Of a stretch of 64,000 bases of DNA, positions 50,763 to 60,926 are shown piece after piece. The notes below the pieces were generated by a model, which had not been told where the DNA came from, did no database searches, and saw only the letters and a list, made by a program, of their open reading frames with translations. Both the position numbers and the translations under genes were made by a program. The DNA is from Promethearchaeota archaeon (lineage in GTDB: Archaea > Asgardarchaeota > Lokiarchaeia > Sigyniarchaeales > SOKP01). The stretch spans positions 224,001 to 288,000 of the forward strand of contig JAUVNS010000005.1 of NCBI GenBank assembly GCA_030599585.1, given 5' to 3'. Every line of letters begins with the position of its first letter. Within the stretch, counting starts at the first letter, position 1.

Positions 50763-51983
50763 ATGGTATCTCACAATATATTAAAAAAATATTTTGAACA
50801 ATTGGAGACCGGTCTTAAAAATAAACTTGAATCTAAAGTTACTGCTCGTAGAAAATTTGTGTACGAGATAGCACGGATTGGTTCTCGTATATTTGACAAC
50901 GATTGGTCAATTGCTTGGACAACTGTATTTGTTCCATACGAAATACTTAATTCCATGAGTGTTTCTGGAATGTTTGTAGAATTTTTTGGAGCGATGCTTG
51001 CTGGAACAGGTATGTCCAGTAAATACCTTGATCTCTCTGAAAGCAAAGGTTTTTCAACTGATAGCTGTTCCTACCATAGAACTATAATTGGGGCTGCAAT
51101 GGATGGCTTACTTCCGGAACCAGATGTGCTTATAGGTGCAAGTATTCCCTGTAATGGTGGTGTAAAAGCCTTGAAGCGAATTGGAGAAATATTCAATAAA
51201 GAGGTGTTTATACTGAACATACCTATTGAAGTAACTCCAGACGCTGTCGATTACTTAACTGATCAATATAGAGAAATGATAAAATATGTTGAAAATGAAA
51301 CTGGCCGCAAACTAGACTACGATAAACTTAAAAAAACAATCAAATATAACAATCAAGCAAGAGAATACCTTTTAGAAGTTAATAACTTCTGCAAGAATGT
51401 TCCTTGTCCTGCAAACTCAAACGACTTAAAAAATTTCATAATTTATATATTACTTCAAGGAACTGAAGAAGGTGTAGAAGTTGCAAAATTATTTAGAGAT
51501 GAGTTTAAATTTCGCATTGAGAACGGATTAACGGGTTTATCTGAAGAAAAATTTCGTTTAATGTGGATACAGAATAGAATACAGTTTAAAACGGATATTT
51601 TAGATATTTTGGAAGAGAAATTCGGAGCTAATATCGTTATCGATGAATTAAACCATATTTGGTGGGAACCTATGGATGAAAGCCAACCTCTAAGGAGTTT
51701 GGCTAATCGAATGATAACTCACCCTATTGTCGGGCCTGCAGAACGCCGTCTTGAAGTCATTACGCAATTAGCTCAAGAATACAAAATTGATGGTGCTGTT
51801 AATCCCGCTCACTGGGGATGCCGTCAAAGCGCTGGAGCTCGAGTCTTGTTTAAAGACGCACTTCAGAAGATAGGGATCCCACTTATTCATTTAGATGTAG
51901 ATTGCGTAGACCAACGAAACTACGCACCAGAACAAATAATGACTCGACTCGAAGCGTTTTTAGAAATGCTTTCTAATTACTGA
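50763..51983 (+). CDS. 2-hydroxyacyl-CoA dehydratase (HgdA/FldB-type) subunit
   Basis: DSCSYHR, PCNG, HWGCRQ, DCVD, TRLEAFLE. Confidence 0.88.
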   Translation: MVSHNILKKYFEQLETGLKNKLESKVTARRKFVYEIARIGSRIFDNDWSIAWTTVFVPYEILNSMSVSGMFVEFFGAMLAGTGMSSKYLDLSESKGFSTDSCSYHRTIIGAAMDGLLPEPDVLIGASIPCNGGVKALKRIGEIFNKEVFILNIPIEVTPDAVDYLTDQYREMIKYVENETGRKLDYDKLKKTIKYNNQAREYLLEVNNFCKNVPCPANSNDLKNFIIYILLQGTEEGVEVAKLFRDEFKFRIENGLTGLSEEKFRLMWIQNRIQFKTDILDILEEKFGANIVIDELNHIWWEPMDESQPLRSLANRMITHPIVGPAERRLEVITQLAQEYKIDGAVNPAHWGCRQSAGARVLFKDALQKIGIPLIHLDVDCVDQRNYAPEQIMTRLEAFLEMLSNY

Positions 51984-52054
51984 ATTTAGTAATTATAAAA
52001 TAACTTCAAAATATAAATCAAAAAAGATAAAAAAAAAGGAGTAGTTCTACTCAC

Positions 52055-53416
52055 TTATTTTAAATTTGTAGTATCTAATAAATTGTATTTGGATATCATT
52101 TCAAGAACACCCATTACTTGCATGCCATGGTTGTATTGCTCATTTGCATCGCTTAAATTTCTCCAACAAAAGGGGCACTCCGTGGTGAGTATATCAGCCT
52201 TTACTGCATTAGCTTCGTCGCATCGTAGACTTGCTGTACGTAATGAAAACTCAGGATAACCTGCTCTAACTCCACCGCCGGCACCACAACACATAGAATT
52301 ATTTTTTATTCGATACATTTCAGTAAACTTAATCCCGACATCTTCTTCAAGTTTTCGTAAGATAACTCGAGGAATTTCGAACCATGCCTCGATCATTTTG
52401 TCTATTTTACGCATATCGAACATTAAATTCGTTGATTTCTTGATCATTGATTGTTCTATATCGTGCGCAAAATGCCTACCAGTGTGGCAGGGATCGTGAT
52501 ATGTTACAACTTTTCCTTTGAGTTCTTTGTTCGGTTTAAACTTAATCTTGCCGTCCGTGATTAATTTAGAGACTAATTCAAATGCGTGCATCGTTTTAAA
52601 CGGTAGCTCTTCTCCTTCTGCCATCCATTTAGGGTAATCAATAGTAAAAGTCCGGTAGCAACCTGCACAAGAGAAGTATACTTCTTCCAAATTCTTGAAA
52701 GCTTCTAAATTTTTATTCATTAACATCTGGGCAGTATCAACAGCTCCGACTCTAAAGAAGGGACTTCCACAACACACTTCATCTTCGATTAATGTGAAGT
52801 CTATGCCTAATTGTTCGAAAATCTTTGCTGTAGCGATAGCAACTTCTACTTGCCGATAACTCGCAGTACAACCGACGTAATATCCAAATTTTGCGTTTTT
52901 GTTGTTTATGTATTTCCCTAAACCAGCATCCTTTGCCCATTTAAATCGTTCATCTGCTTTTCCTCCGTAAGGATTGTTTAATTCCTTAACTAAACGATCA
53001 ACTAATTGGTGCTTTTCTATCATAGGGACGCCTGATTCTACGAGTGCGGCTCTTAAAGATTCAATGATGTCTACTGTGGGTATTTTATTCTCGCATTGAG
53101 TTGCACATTGTCCACAAGTAATGCAAGGCATAATAACATCTCTTACTTCTTCTGAAAATTCTAAATCTCCGCTTAATATCGAACGGGCAATCCATATTTT
53201 TCCTGCATTCCAAAAAGCTTCCCAACCGTATTCAATTCCCGCTGGACACGCATCAATCATACCTTCATAAAGCACTGTTCCTTGTTTACCAGCGTGTTCT
53301 CCGATTCCCTCTTTATCAGGTTCCCCTGAATACGCAAATCGACAAGCTTTACAGTGGATGCATCTATAAATATCGCCTTTTAATTCTTGTAATCTATCCA
53401 TTCCAGTTTTTGCCAT
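52055..53416 (-). CDS. Fe-S/CCG-domain oxidoreductase subunit (GlcF/HdrD-like)
   Basis: CIHCKAC...CP, CITCGQCATQC, CCG, CAGC, YHDPCH, CCGAGGG, CPFC. Confidence 0.9.
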   Translation of the reverse strand: MAKTGMDRLQELKGDIYRCIHCKACRFAYSGEPDKEGIGEHAGKQGTVLYEGMIDACPAGIEYGWEAFWNAGKIWIARSILSGDLEFSEEVRDVIMPCITCGQCATQCENKIPTVDIIESLRAALVESGVPMIEKHQLVDRLVKELNNPYGGKADERFKWAKDAGLGKYINNKNAKFGYYVGCTASYRQVEVAIATAKIFEQLGIDFTLIEDEVCCGSPFFRVGAVDTAQMLMNKNLEAFKNLEEVYFSCAGCYRTFTIDYPKWMAEGEELPFKTMHAFELVSKLITDGKIKFKPNKELKGKVVTYHDPCHTGRHFAHDIEQSMIKKSTNLMFDMRKIDKMIEAWFEIPRVILRKLEEDVGIKFTEMYRIKNNSMCCGAGGGVRAGYPEFSLRTASLRCDEANAVKADILTTECPFCWRNLSDANEQYNHGMQVMGVLEMISKYNLLDTTNLK

Positions 53417-53436
53417 TTTTTTTTAACCTCCTTTGT

Positions 53437-54921
53437 TTACGGAAGAGCCAATCTCCCTGGGTGTAAAATTCCATTTGGGTCTAAGAGCTTCTTAAATGCT
53501 CTCAAGTACTTCCAATACATTCCAGATTGATAGTACGCTTGGATGTGTATATAAGGATCTGGTCTATAGTTAAACCACCCTTGTTTTAATCCATATTCGG
53601 TTGTTTCTTGATTCATCATTTGAACCTTTTCAACGGATTTCTCATCTGTTGAATCAAAACAAACTATGGGCATACAAATAGCTTGGCGACATCTTTCAAT
53701 TGAAGCAATCCACATAACAGGTGGAAAGCCATACTTTTCCATAGCTTTATTGTACATTTCAGCGAAATGCGCACATTCATTCCAAGGTACGTACCATGTG
53801 ATAAATAAGAAACCTGCTTCCCAGAACGAGTATGGAACCGCAATTTTATTAGGTTTTTTCATTCTGCTTGCAATTTGCTTAGGATGAAGTTCCCATGGTT
53901 TCATCCCCTCACCGTCTTTTGCTCTATTTTTCTTGAAATCTTCAGCCATACTATTTATTCGCTTAACAACATAATCTAATTCTTCTTGCGTTTGAGCCCA
54001 ACATTCCCAATTCATCCACCAAGGACTCACTCCGATTCCTTTATAAAATTCATAATCGTGCGGAACTTTATCTTTCGGCCAACGCGTCATCACCAATGGG
54101 TAATTGCCTCCTTGAACCATTACAGTGTTATGGGCAATACCAAATTCCTGCTTTCCTATTTCGAGCGTTAGATCTTGCATATCGTAGGGATTCGACATCC
54201 CCCAAGCCACCACAGTTTTAAATTTTGGGTGTGGGTAGATTTTGACAGCTACTTTGGTAAATACTCCTAAAGCACCTTGACTACCCATTAGAAAACTCCA
54301 CATATCAGGACCTATACCGTACTTATAGAAAGGTTTCGCTGTTGGAAGCGCCCAAGAACCAGTTCTAATGACGTCTCCGTTAGGAAAAACCACTTCAGCA
54401 CACATAAAGTTATCTCCTTGAGGGCCAACACTAGATGTGTAGAGAGAAAAACCACGATCAATAGCATCTCCCATTACTGTGGCTGCTGGAGGCGCTCCAT
54501 CTGCAATTGGTGGTGCCCAATCTGGATAATTTTTGTGCATATAAGCCCAAAGACCTCCATTTGTAACACCTGGCTCTACAATAGCATACCGGTTTTCCGT
54601 ATCAATTTCGATGATTCTATCCATTCTGCTTAAATCAAGCATAACTCCGCTTGGTTTGATAGTAGGACAAGCAAATCCGCCAGATAATCCAGCAGAAACT
54701 GGACTTACAGCGATTTTTTCTGCAGAACAATAAATTAAAATTTTCCTTATTTCTTCGGTATATTTTGGGCGTACAACGATATCAGGAATTTGCGCCTCTA
54801 ATCCCATTACAGATTTGGAAAGATATGACGCTGTAATTGCTTTGTTATTCGATGCGTATTTTTTACCGACAATACCAATCATAGCCTCAAGATCTTTCTC
54901 ATCTGGTAATTTATAGCTCAT
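53437..54921 (-). CDS. FAD-linked oxidoreductase (VAO/PCMH/GlcD family)
   Basis: PDIVVRP, LDLSRMDRIIEID, VEPGV, GSQGALG, KKLLDPNGILHPG. Confidence 0.9.
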   Translation of the reverse strand: MSYKLPDEKDLEAMIGIVGKKYASNNKAITASYLSKSVMGLEAQIPDIVVRPKYTEEIRKILIYCSAEKIAVSPVSAGLSGGFACPTIKPSGVMLDLSRMDRIIEIDTENRYAIVEPGVTNGGLWAYMHKNYPDWAPPIADGAPPAATVMGDAIDRGFSLYTSSVGPQGDNFMCAEVVFPNGDVIRTGSWALPTAKPFYKYGIGPDMWSFLMGSQGALGVFTKVAVKIYPHPKFKTVVAWGMSNPYDMQDLTLEIGKQEFGIAHNTVMVQGGNYPLVMTRWPKDKVPHDYEFYKGIGVSPWWMNWECWAQTQEELDYVVKRINSMAEDFKKNRAKDGEGMKPWELHPKQIASRMKKPNKIAVPYSFWEAGFLFITWYVPWNECAHFAEMYNKAMEKYGFPPVMWIASIERCRQAICMPIVCFDSTDEKSVEKVQMMNQETTEYGLKQGWFNYRPDPYIHIQAYYQSGMYWKYLRAFKKLLDPNGILHPGRLALP

Positions 54922-55186
54922 ATTTTAATACCTTTTTATCCTTTTTTTTTTAATTTTGATTAATTATTCTTTATACGTTCGAAAATTATTTGCTTAATTT
55001 TAAATTTGTCATAAAAGGCTTTCATAAAAAGAAGTAATTTTCTTATAATTGTATAGTTGAACTCTTTTAAATTAACTTTGCAGAAGAAAAAGATACTTTC
55101 TGGGATTGAGTGGGAGAAACAATTAACTTATCGCTAATATTTTTATAATCTCATCGTAATAAAAAAAAAATACATATGTAATCCTT

Positions 55187-55993
55187 TTATTTCTTTAACA
55201 ATCTCTTTGACGACGATCTCATTCCGATGACTAGGAAAAACAATGAGAAAATCAATGTTAAAGGCAAATGGCCTAAGATAATATAACCAAAAGCAGGTTC
55301 AGATGAGTAAGCAAATAATATAATTGTAACAACTAAGTGAACAATAGAATTCACTATAGCAACATTTCTACTAGGAGATAAAAAACCGAATACTAAATTT
55401 GGAATCAGAAATAGTAATATAATGTTCCCAGTAGATAATAGAATTAACGCTGGGAAAAACTTCGAAAACAGTTCTTCGGTTGTAATATATTGGGTGAGAT
55501 CGAAAGCCATATAGATAAAAAGTGTTAAATTAATGCTAGCAAAAACTAAAAGAATCGTAAAGGGAGTGTTGATTAGCCAAGAGATCATTATTCTTATTAT
55601 AGGTGAATGAATCGTTTTAGTTCTTAAAACATCTTGAACAACTTTCTCCATCTCTTCAATGATGATTTTTTCTTGATCATAATCTGGTGAATAAGCGTCA
55701 ATAAATTCTTGCATGATGTTTCTAATTATTTTTGTTACTAACTCGTTATTATCATTTGAACTGACAATTGCAGCTCCAAGTAGACCTTCATCCTCGATTG
55801 GAGCGAGAATTAGTTTATTATTTTCTCCGAGGTCAACATTTTTTACAGCAGTTCCTAAAGCTTCCCGGCTAAAGTTAGTAATTGAAGTGAAAAACCCTAT
55901 TAAAATATTGTCGTCGTATTGCTGTTCCTTAATGAACTCTTTGGAATATAATAAAATTCCGTTTTCATCCAAGATATATAAACTTTTTAACAT
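55187..55993 (-). CDS. longin-domain membrane protein (~4 C-terminal TM)
   Basis: MLKSLYILDENGILLYSKEF...LIGFFTSITNFSREAL longin pattern, followed by TM helices. Confidence 0.7.
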   Translation of the reverse strand: MLKSLYILDENGILLYSKEFIKEQQYDDNILIGFFTSITNFSREALGTAVKNVDLGENNKLILAPIEDEGLLGAAIVSSNDNNELVTKIIRNIMQEFIDAYSPDYDQEKIIIEEMEKVVQDVLRTKTIHSPIIRIMISWLINTPFTILLVFASINLTLFIYMAFDLTQYITTEELFSKFFPALILLSTGNIILLFLIPNLVFGFLSPSRNVAIVNSIVHLVVTIILFAYSSEPAFGYIILGHLPLTLIFSLFFLVIGMRSSSKRLLKK

Positions 55994-56029
55994 CTTCTTA
56001 TATCCTCTTTTATAATCTAATTAATAACT

Positions 56030-57736
56030 TCATCTATTTTCAACAAATTCCATATAATCACCGATGGAGGCGGTAGACCTTTTAAAGCTAAAAAGGCTTG
56101 AACCCAATAGTTCTGTGATTTGGATTATTACATCACTAATACTATTTTTTATGAAGATTTTAAATTTCTCGTTCTTTCTTTCTTCAATTATTACCTCTAT
56201 TTCCTTCATTTCTTTAAGTTTTTGAATTGAGGAATCGTCTGGATTGTTCAATTCTATGCTCAAAATTTCACCAAATTGAGGTAATTCTTCAATGTAGTCT
56301 TTAATAGAGCCTATTTTTGATGTATTTTTTGTAATCGTTAGAATTCGGTCACAATTTGATATAATATCTTCCGGACCATGAAAAATTAGGATGACATGAA
56401 AATTTTCTTTGATTTTATCCATGTATGAATTAAACTTTTCATACTCGAGCTTGCCTAAAATCCCAAATGGTATAGAAAACATTATAATTGTTGGTGATTG
56501 GATTAATGCCCTTGTAATAGAAAAAAGAAGAAATTCCAAAGGAGTCAACTTTGAGAATCTCTTATTTTTCTTATTCAGTAGTCCAGTTGATTCTAAAACT
56601 TTTTTTAGATACGCCTTCTTGCGATTGATTCTATATGACCTGGTTTTTAAGAAATCTTCCATTATTTCATCTAAACTTTGAGCCAAACCAGCTTTCTTTA
56701 GCATTAATTTAAATATTTCCTTCTTTTTCTTATAAATTGCATGTAGATTAATTTGATATTGAATAGCTTTCTTGATCTTCATACTTGTGATTGTTGAATC
56801 GTATGCTTGAGGTAGAATGAAAATTCTTTCTTTCTCAGATGGACTTAATAATATAGTAGGTTTTCCAAAAATTTCGATTGAACCAGAATAGTCATGTTGT
56901 GAACCTGCCATGGCGTCAAATAAAATCATCAAATCCCGCCTGAGATCAATTTTGGCTAAACTTTTTTCATCAAATATTATTCCTATCGATTTTCCTCGGT
57001 GAATTTTGAATGATAATTTATCAATCATATCACCTAATGTAACACGATTTACAACCAAATATTGAGAATTTTCTTTTAACACTTTTATTTTTACTCGTGC
57101 GGAGACAATACCACATATTCTATCTACAAGTTCATAAATGTGAGGGGGGTTTTCTGTGTTCCAATTTTTAATCATCTCGTCCTCTATAAATTCTCTCTCA
57201 GTGATAATTTTAGATAAAGATCTTGAAAAAGAAAAGGTTGGTAAAAACGGATATTTTTCTAAATTAATTTTGAGATTTAAAGTAAAATCAGGATAAGAGA
57301 TTCTTATCTCTCGGTCGTATGGGTTAGTTTTAATTTGATAATTCTCAAATTTTTCGTCAAGTAGTATAATTTCAGTATTTAAAATTCTTAGATGACTTTG
57401 GAATTCCGAACTGATAAGCCTTCTCATGTGGTGGATAATTTTTATGGGATTTATCAATCCGTCTTCATCAAAATCTGGTTCAAATAAAATCTCATTAAAA
57501 TCAATTTCATTTTCAAGAGGGGTGTATATCTTCAATAACGGAACTCCTTTTTCAATAACATCACTATTAGGAAAGAATAAAACTTCGATAAACGATTTTT
57601 TATAGATTAAATTAATAATAGAAGCAATCCCAAACGTATTTTCTCTGTAAGTCATCCAAAAACGCTTAGAGAAACGAACAGCATCTAAAATTTTTAATCT
57701 TATTCGTTCCAATTCTATATCTCTAGAGCTCTTCAA
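56030..57736 (-). CDS. UBC/RWD-like domain fused to a degenerate ABC ATPase
   Basis: INLEKYPFLP...IKNWNTENPPHIYELV; Walker A lost (GIIFDEKS), signature LTPLE, Walker B lacks DE; TTG 57736 with GAGGT SD. Confidence 0.65.
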   Translation of the reverse strand: MKSSRDIELERIRLKILDAVRFSKRFWMTYRENTFGIASIINLIYKKSFIEVLFFPNSDVIEKGVPLLKIYTPLENEIDFNEILFEPDFDEDGLINPIKIIHHMRRLISSEFQSHLRILNTEIILLDEKFENYQIKTNPYDREIRISYPDFTLNLKINLEKYPFLPTFSFSRSLSKIITEREFIEDEMIKNWNTENPPHIYELVDRICGIVSARVKIKVLKENSQYLVVNRVTLGDMIDKLSFKIHRGKSIGIIFDEKSLAKIDLRRDLMILFDAMAGSQHDYSGSIEIFGKPTILLSPSEKERIFILPQAYDSTITSMKIKKAIQYQINLHAIYKKKKEIFKLMLKKAGLAQSLDEIMEDFLKTRSYRINRKKAYLKKVLESTGLLNKKNKRFSKLTPLEFLLFSITRALIQSPTIIMFSIPFGILGKLEYEKFNSYMDKIKENFHVILIFHGPEDIISNCDRILTITKNTSKIGSIKDYIEELPQFGEILSIELNNPDDSSIQKLKEMKEIEVIIEERKNEKFKIFIKNSISDVIIQITELLGSSLFSFKRSTASIGDYMEFVENR

Positions 57737-60700
57737 TTTCGGGTACCTCAATTAATTTATATCTAAAAAATTGCTCCATTTTTGAATCAATTTGTTTTAA
57801 ATCTTGGATTGTATCCTTTCCTACTTCGTTTTCAATTTTAATAACAAGAGACTCGACATCAAGATTAGTGAATATTGAATAATCCGTCCCTGCCTTATTT
57901 TCTAAGACATTCTCTATCCCATCTATAGATTCTAACCTTTGGACCATATTTTTTTGAATGGTGTTAAAAGATAATTCAATTGAGCGCCCTTTACCTGGTA
58001 ACTGAGCAAGTAATTCTTTAGGCTTCCCGAAATCTATAATCCCTCTATTCCTACCAAAAATTGCAACCCTATTACAAAATCGAGATTCTTCTGGATAATG
58101 AGTTATTACAATTAATGTTGTGCCAAATTGTTCATTAATTTTAGTTAAGGCTAACCATAAATTTTCACGAATAATCGGATCTAATCCCGAAGTAGGCTCG
58201 TCTAAAATAAGAAAGATAGGTGAATGGATTAAACCGATTGCGATACTAACTCTACGTTTTTGGCCTCCTGAAAGATTTTTAACTAATTCATTCATCTTAT
58301 CTTCAATCTCTAAGCTTCGTAAGAGTCTTTTAGATCTGCTTATTATTTCTTGCTCAGTTAGACCGTACTGGCTCCCAAATGAGAGTAAATTGTCAATAAC
58401 AGTGAAATCGTGGTAAATTTTGCTTAGATCTTGAGGAACATACCCATACATCGGCCGTATCTTTTTAGAAGTTCTTTTATTTATATTTAACCCAAAAATT
58501 TGGCAGAAACCGGTTATTTTCCTCATCCCTAATAAACCCTTAATATATGTGGATTTACCTGCTCCACTTTCGCCTAAAATCCCTAGAATTTGACCGTGTT
58601 CTACCTTCATTGTAACAGAATCAACAATTAACTTACCACCCGCGTATACGCTGAAATTTTCACAATGAATTGCTGGAAACCTTTGAAGATAGGAGGGTGT
58701 GATTTTCCCTCCCAGACCTACTTTTTCCTTAATACGCTTTATTAAAGAAATTTTTTTGCGAATTATAAGAAATACATAAGCGCTTAAAATACCAGCTTCA
58801 GTTAATAAGATATATATTAATAGCACATTCCACGGTTTCGAATCGAAACTTTGATCATATTTTAATTCATCAATTATTATGATTCCATAAGGAGTATTTC
58901 TTAAATCAGCTCCAAAATTTGGATTATCTCCAACCCCTCCCGTACGAACGCTTATACAATCAGAAAACCAGAATAGGGCATCTTTAATGTTTTCTGGCTG
59001 AAAATCATAATCATATAACGATTTGGAAGCCATGTATGTCGTAAGAAACGAGGATGGTAAGTCTAATAAATCACCCATCATGGGTAGCAAAGAGAAACTA
59101 CCATCCGAACTTTGCGAAGTAATCAAGAAATTAATCGCTGACATTTTCGAAATTGGTCCTTGAACGAAACCTTCTTTAAAAATTTGGAGTCCATAATATG
59201 TCGAAATGATATCACTATGAAATCCCATAACAATGGAAAATCCTCCATCTGCATTTTGGCAGGACCTTACCCAATGTGAAAAATTATTGTATTGAATCGT
59301 ATGAAGTCCGTTAATCAATTCTAGAGAAACCAAAGCCCAATATGTACTCTCTACAGTAGATGCATTAACATCTATTAAATCCGTAAAAAGTACGGAATAA
59401 GCTCCAAAAAGAGAAAACAAATAATCAATATCATCACCTACCCTAAATCCACCATCAGGATTTTGCAAACTAGATAGATAATTCTTAGTAGCGTTTAATA
59501 CATTAATAGGAGTTGTTTGAAACCATGGACGATTTCGAGGAATGATCATCTCTAAAAGCTTAATACCGCAATAAGTAGAAAATAATGTAGCATTTTGTCC
59601 TGGTTGAGACCCAAACCCTCCATCATATGAATTATAACATGCTCCCACAAAATTTAATATATAATTTTTTATGGCTTGAAATTGAGATGTTTGTATTGTA
59701 TCTAAATATCCCATTTCATAATAAGTTAATACACCAAAATAGTTAGATTCTATTGTAATTTGCCCGAACAGAGCATTCTTAGCTTGAAAAAAGTGCAGCC
59801 AATTATAATATTTAACAGATACCTGATGAATTACATTAGAAAGCTCAATTGTGAGATTAAGCCTCGGTGTTAATATTCCAATTGATTTCATTGCTGCCCA
59901 CCCAGAGTTAAAATCCGATATGGTAGTGTTAGGGCGAACACCAAATCCACCATTATTATTTGATGAATTTAAAACAAAATTTAATGTTTCATCCTCATTA
60001 TTTAATATATTAAACCCTAACAGATTCTCTACTATCTCTAATGTTGAAATTGAGTAATAAGTTGTTTGGACATCAGACATTCCCGTTTCAGGATTTGTAT
60101 ACCCTCCATCGAATGAGTTATACAATGAACCAAAATACGCCCAAATTGATGTTAAATCAAAAATACTATAGGTCATATTCATCCTTAAATAAGCCCTTAC
60201 ACCGTAGAATGTTGCTTCAGGAGTGCTGATTAACGAGTTGTTAGTTAACCTATAACTACCTCCAAGCCATGTAGAATTTATAAATTCTCCAACTTTTTTG
60301 TTTGTAATACTAGACATTTCAGATATGCTATAAGATAATTTAATCGCGCTAAAAGTAGAAATTATGTCTGAATCGTTTAGAAATTGATTAAATTTAAAAC
60401 CCCATCCGCCCCCATTAAGAGAGCTTAACAGATATTTCGCTATATTATCTGTTTCTCCAAGTTGAACTTTTCTCTCAAGGTATGAAATATTAGCTATTTT
60501 TAATGTTTCGATAGCCATATAAGTAGAGAACAAATTCCCCAGACCTGCGATATCTGAATAAGAACCATCGTAATTTTGTTTTTCAAATATATAATTAAAG
60601 AAGATATCTTTTAGAAAAAATTGTACATTGGTATTATTGTTAGGATCAATTAAATCTGGAGCATATATGTTTGTAAATGTAAAATTTGTGGAATCTATTG

Positions 60701-60926
60701 CTCGATAATTTGAATCGATTTCAGGTTCCACAAACAAGCCTATTTGATTATGATGAGTGGTTGCAAATAATGTTGCAAGGTTTTTAGCTTTGCTTACATC
60801 TGTTTCACTTATAAAATAGGTCCATCTAATATTGATTAAAACCAATGATATTATTGGTGTTCCTGCTAAAATTATGAGTATTATAAGCCTTTTGAGTCTT
60901 TTTTTGTTTTTACGATTAAGATTTAT
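57723..60926 (-). CDS. TM - prenyltransferase/squalene-cyclase-repeat ectodomain - TM - ABC ATPase fusion, ATA start
   Basis: Repeats QNYDGSY, QNPDGGF, QNADGGF, QSSDGSF with STY; GESGAGKST, LSGGQ, LILDEP, ITH; in-frame extension INLNRKNKKRLKRLIILIILAG after GGAGGTGA. Confidence 0.85.
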   Translation of the reverse strand: MNLNRKNKKRLKRLIILIILAGTPIISLVLINIRWTYFISETDVSKAKNLATLFATTHHNQIGLFVEPEIDSNYRAIDSTNFTFTNIYAPDLIDPNNNTNVQFFLKDIFFNYIFEKQNYDGSYSDIAGLGNLFSTYMAIETLKIANISYLERKVQLGETDNIAKYLLSSLNGGGWGFKFNQFLNDSDIISTFSAIKLSYSISEMSSITNKKVGEFINSTWLGGSYRLTNNSLISTPEATFYGVRAYLRMNMTYSIFDLTSIWAYFGSLYNSFDGGYTNPETGMSDVQTTYYSISTLEIVENLLGFNILNNEDETLNFVLNSSNNNGGFGVRPNTTISDFNSGWAAMKSIGILTPRLNLTIELSNVIHQVSVKYYNWLHFFQAKNALFGQITIESNYFGVLTYYEMGYLDTIQTSQFQAIKNYILNFVGACYNSYDGGFGSQPGQNATLFSTYCGIKLLEMIIPRNRPWFQTTPINVLNATKNYLSSLQNPDGGFRVGDDIDYLFSLFGAYSVLFTDLIDVNASTVESTYWALVSLELINGLHTIQYNNFSHWVRSCQNADGGFSIVMGFHSDIISTYYGLQIFKEGFVQGPISKMSAINFLITSQSSDGSFSLLPMMGDLLDLPSSFLTTYMASKSLYDYDFQPENIKDALFWFSDCISVRTGGVGDNPNFGADLRNTPYGIIIIDELKYDQSFDSKPWNVLLIYILLTEAGILSAYVFLIIRKKISLIKRIKEKVGLGGKITPSYLQRFPAIHCENFSVYAGGKLIVDSVTMKVEHGQILGILGESGAGKSTYIKGLLGMRKITGFCQIFGLNINKRTSKKIRPMYGYVPQDLSKIYHDFTVIDNLLSFGSQYGLTEQEIISRSKRLLRSLEIEDKMNELVKNLSGGQKRRVSIAIGLIHSPIFLILDEPTSGLDPIIRENLWLALTKINEQFGTTLIVITHYPEESRFCNRVAIFGRNRGIIDFGKPKELLAQLPGKGRSIELSFNTIQKNMVQRLESIDGIENVLENKAGTDYSIFTNLDVESLVIKIENEVGKDTIQDLKQIDSKMEQFFRYKLIEVPEIEEL

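Noticed and set aside
4029-60926. Complete eukaryote-like prenylation pathway (GTPase + prenyltransferase barrels + CAAX protease)
   Set aside because: GTPase has no CAAX/CC tail, barrels lack evident zinc ligands, one barrel looks extracellular, and the genes are unlinked
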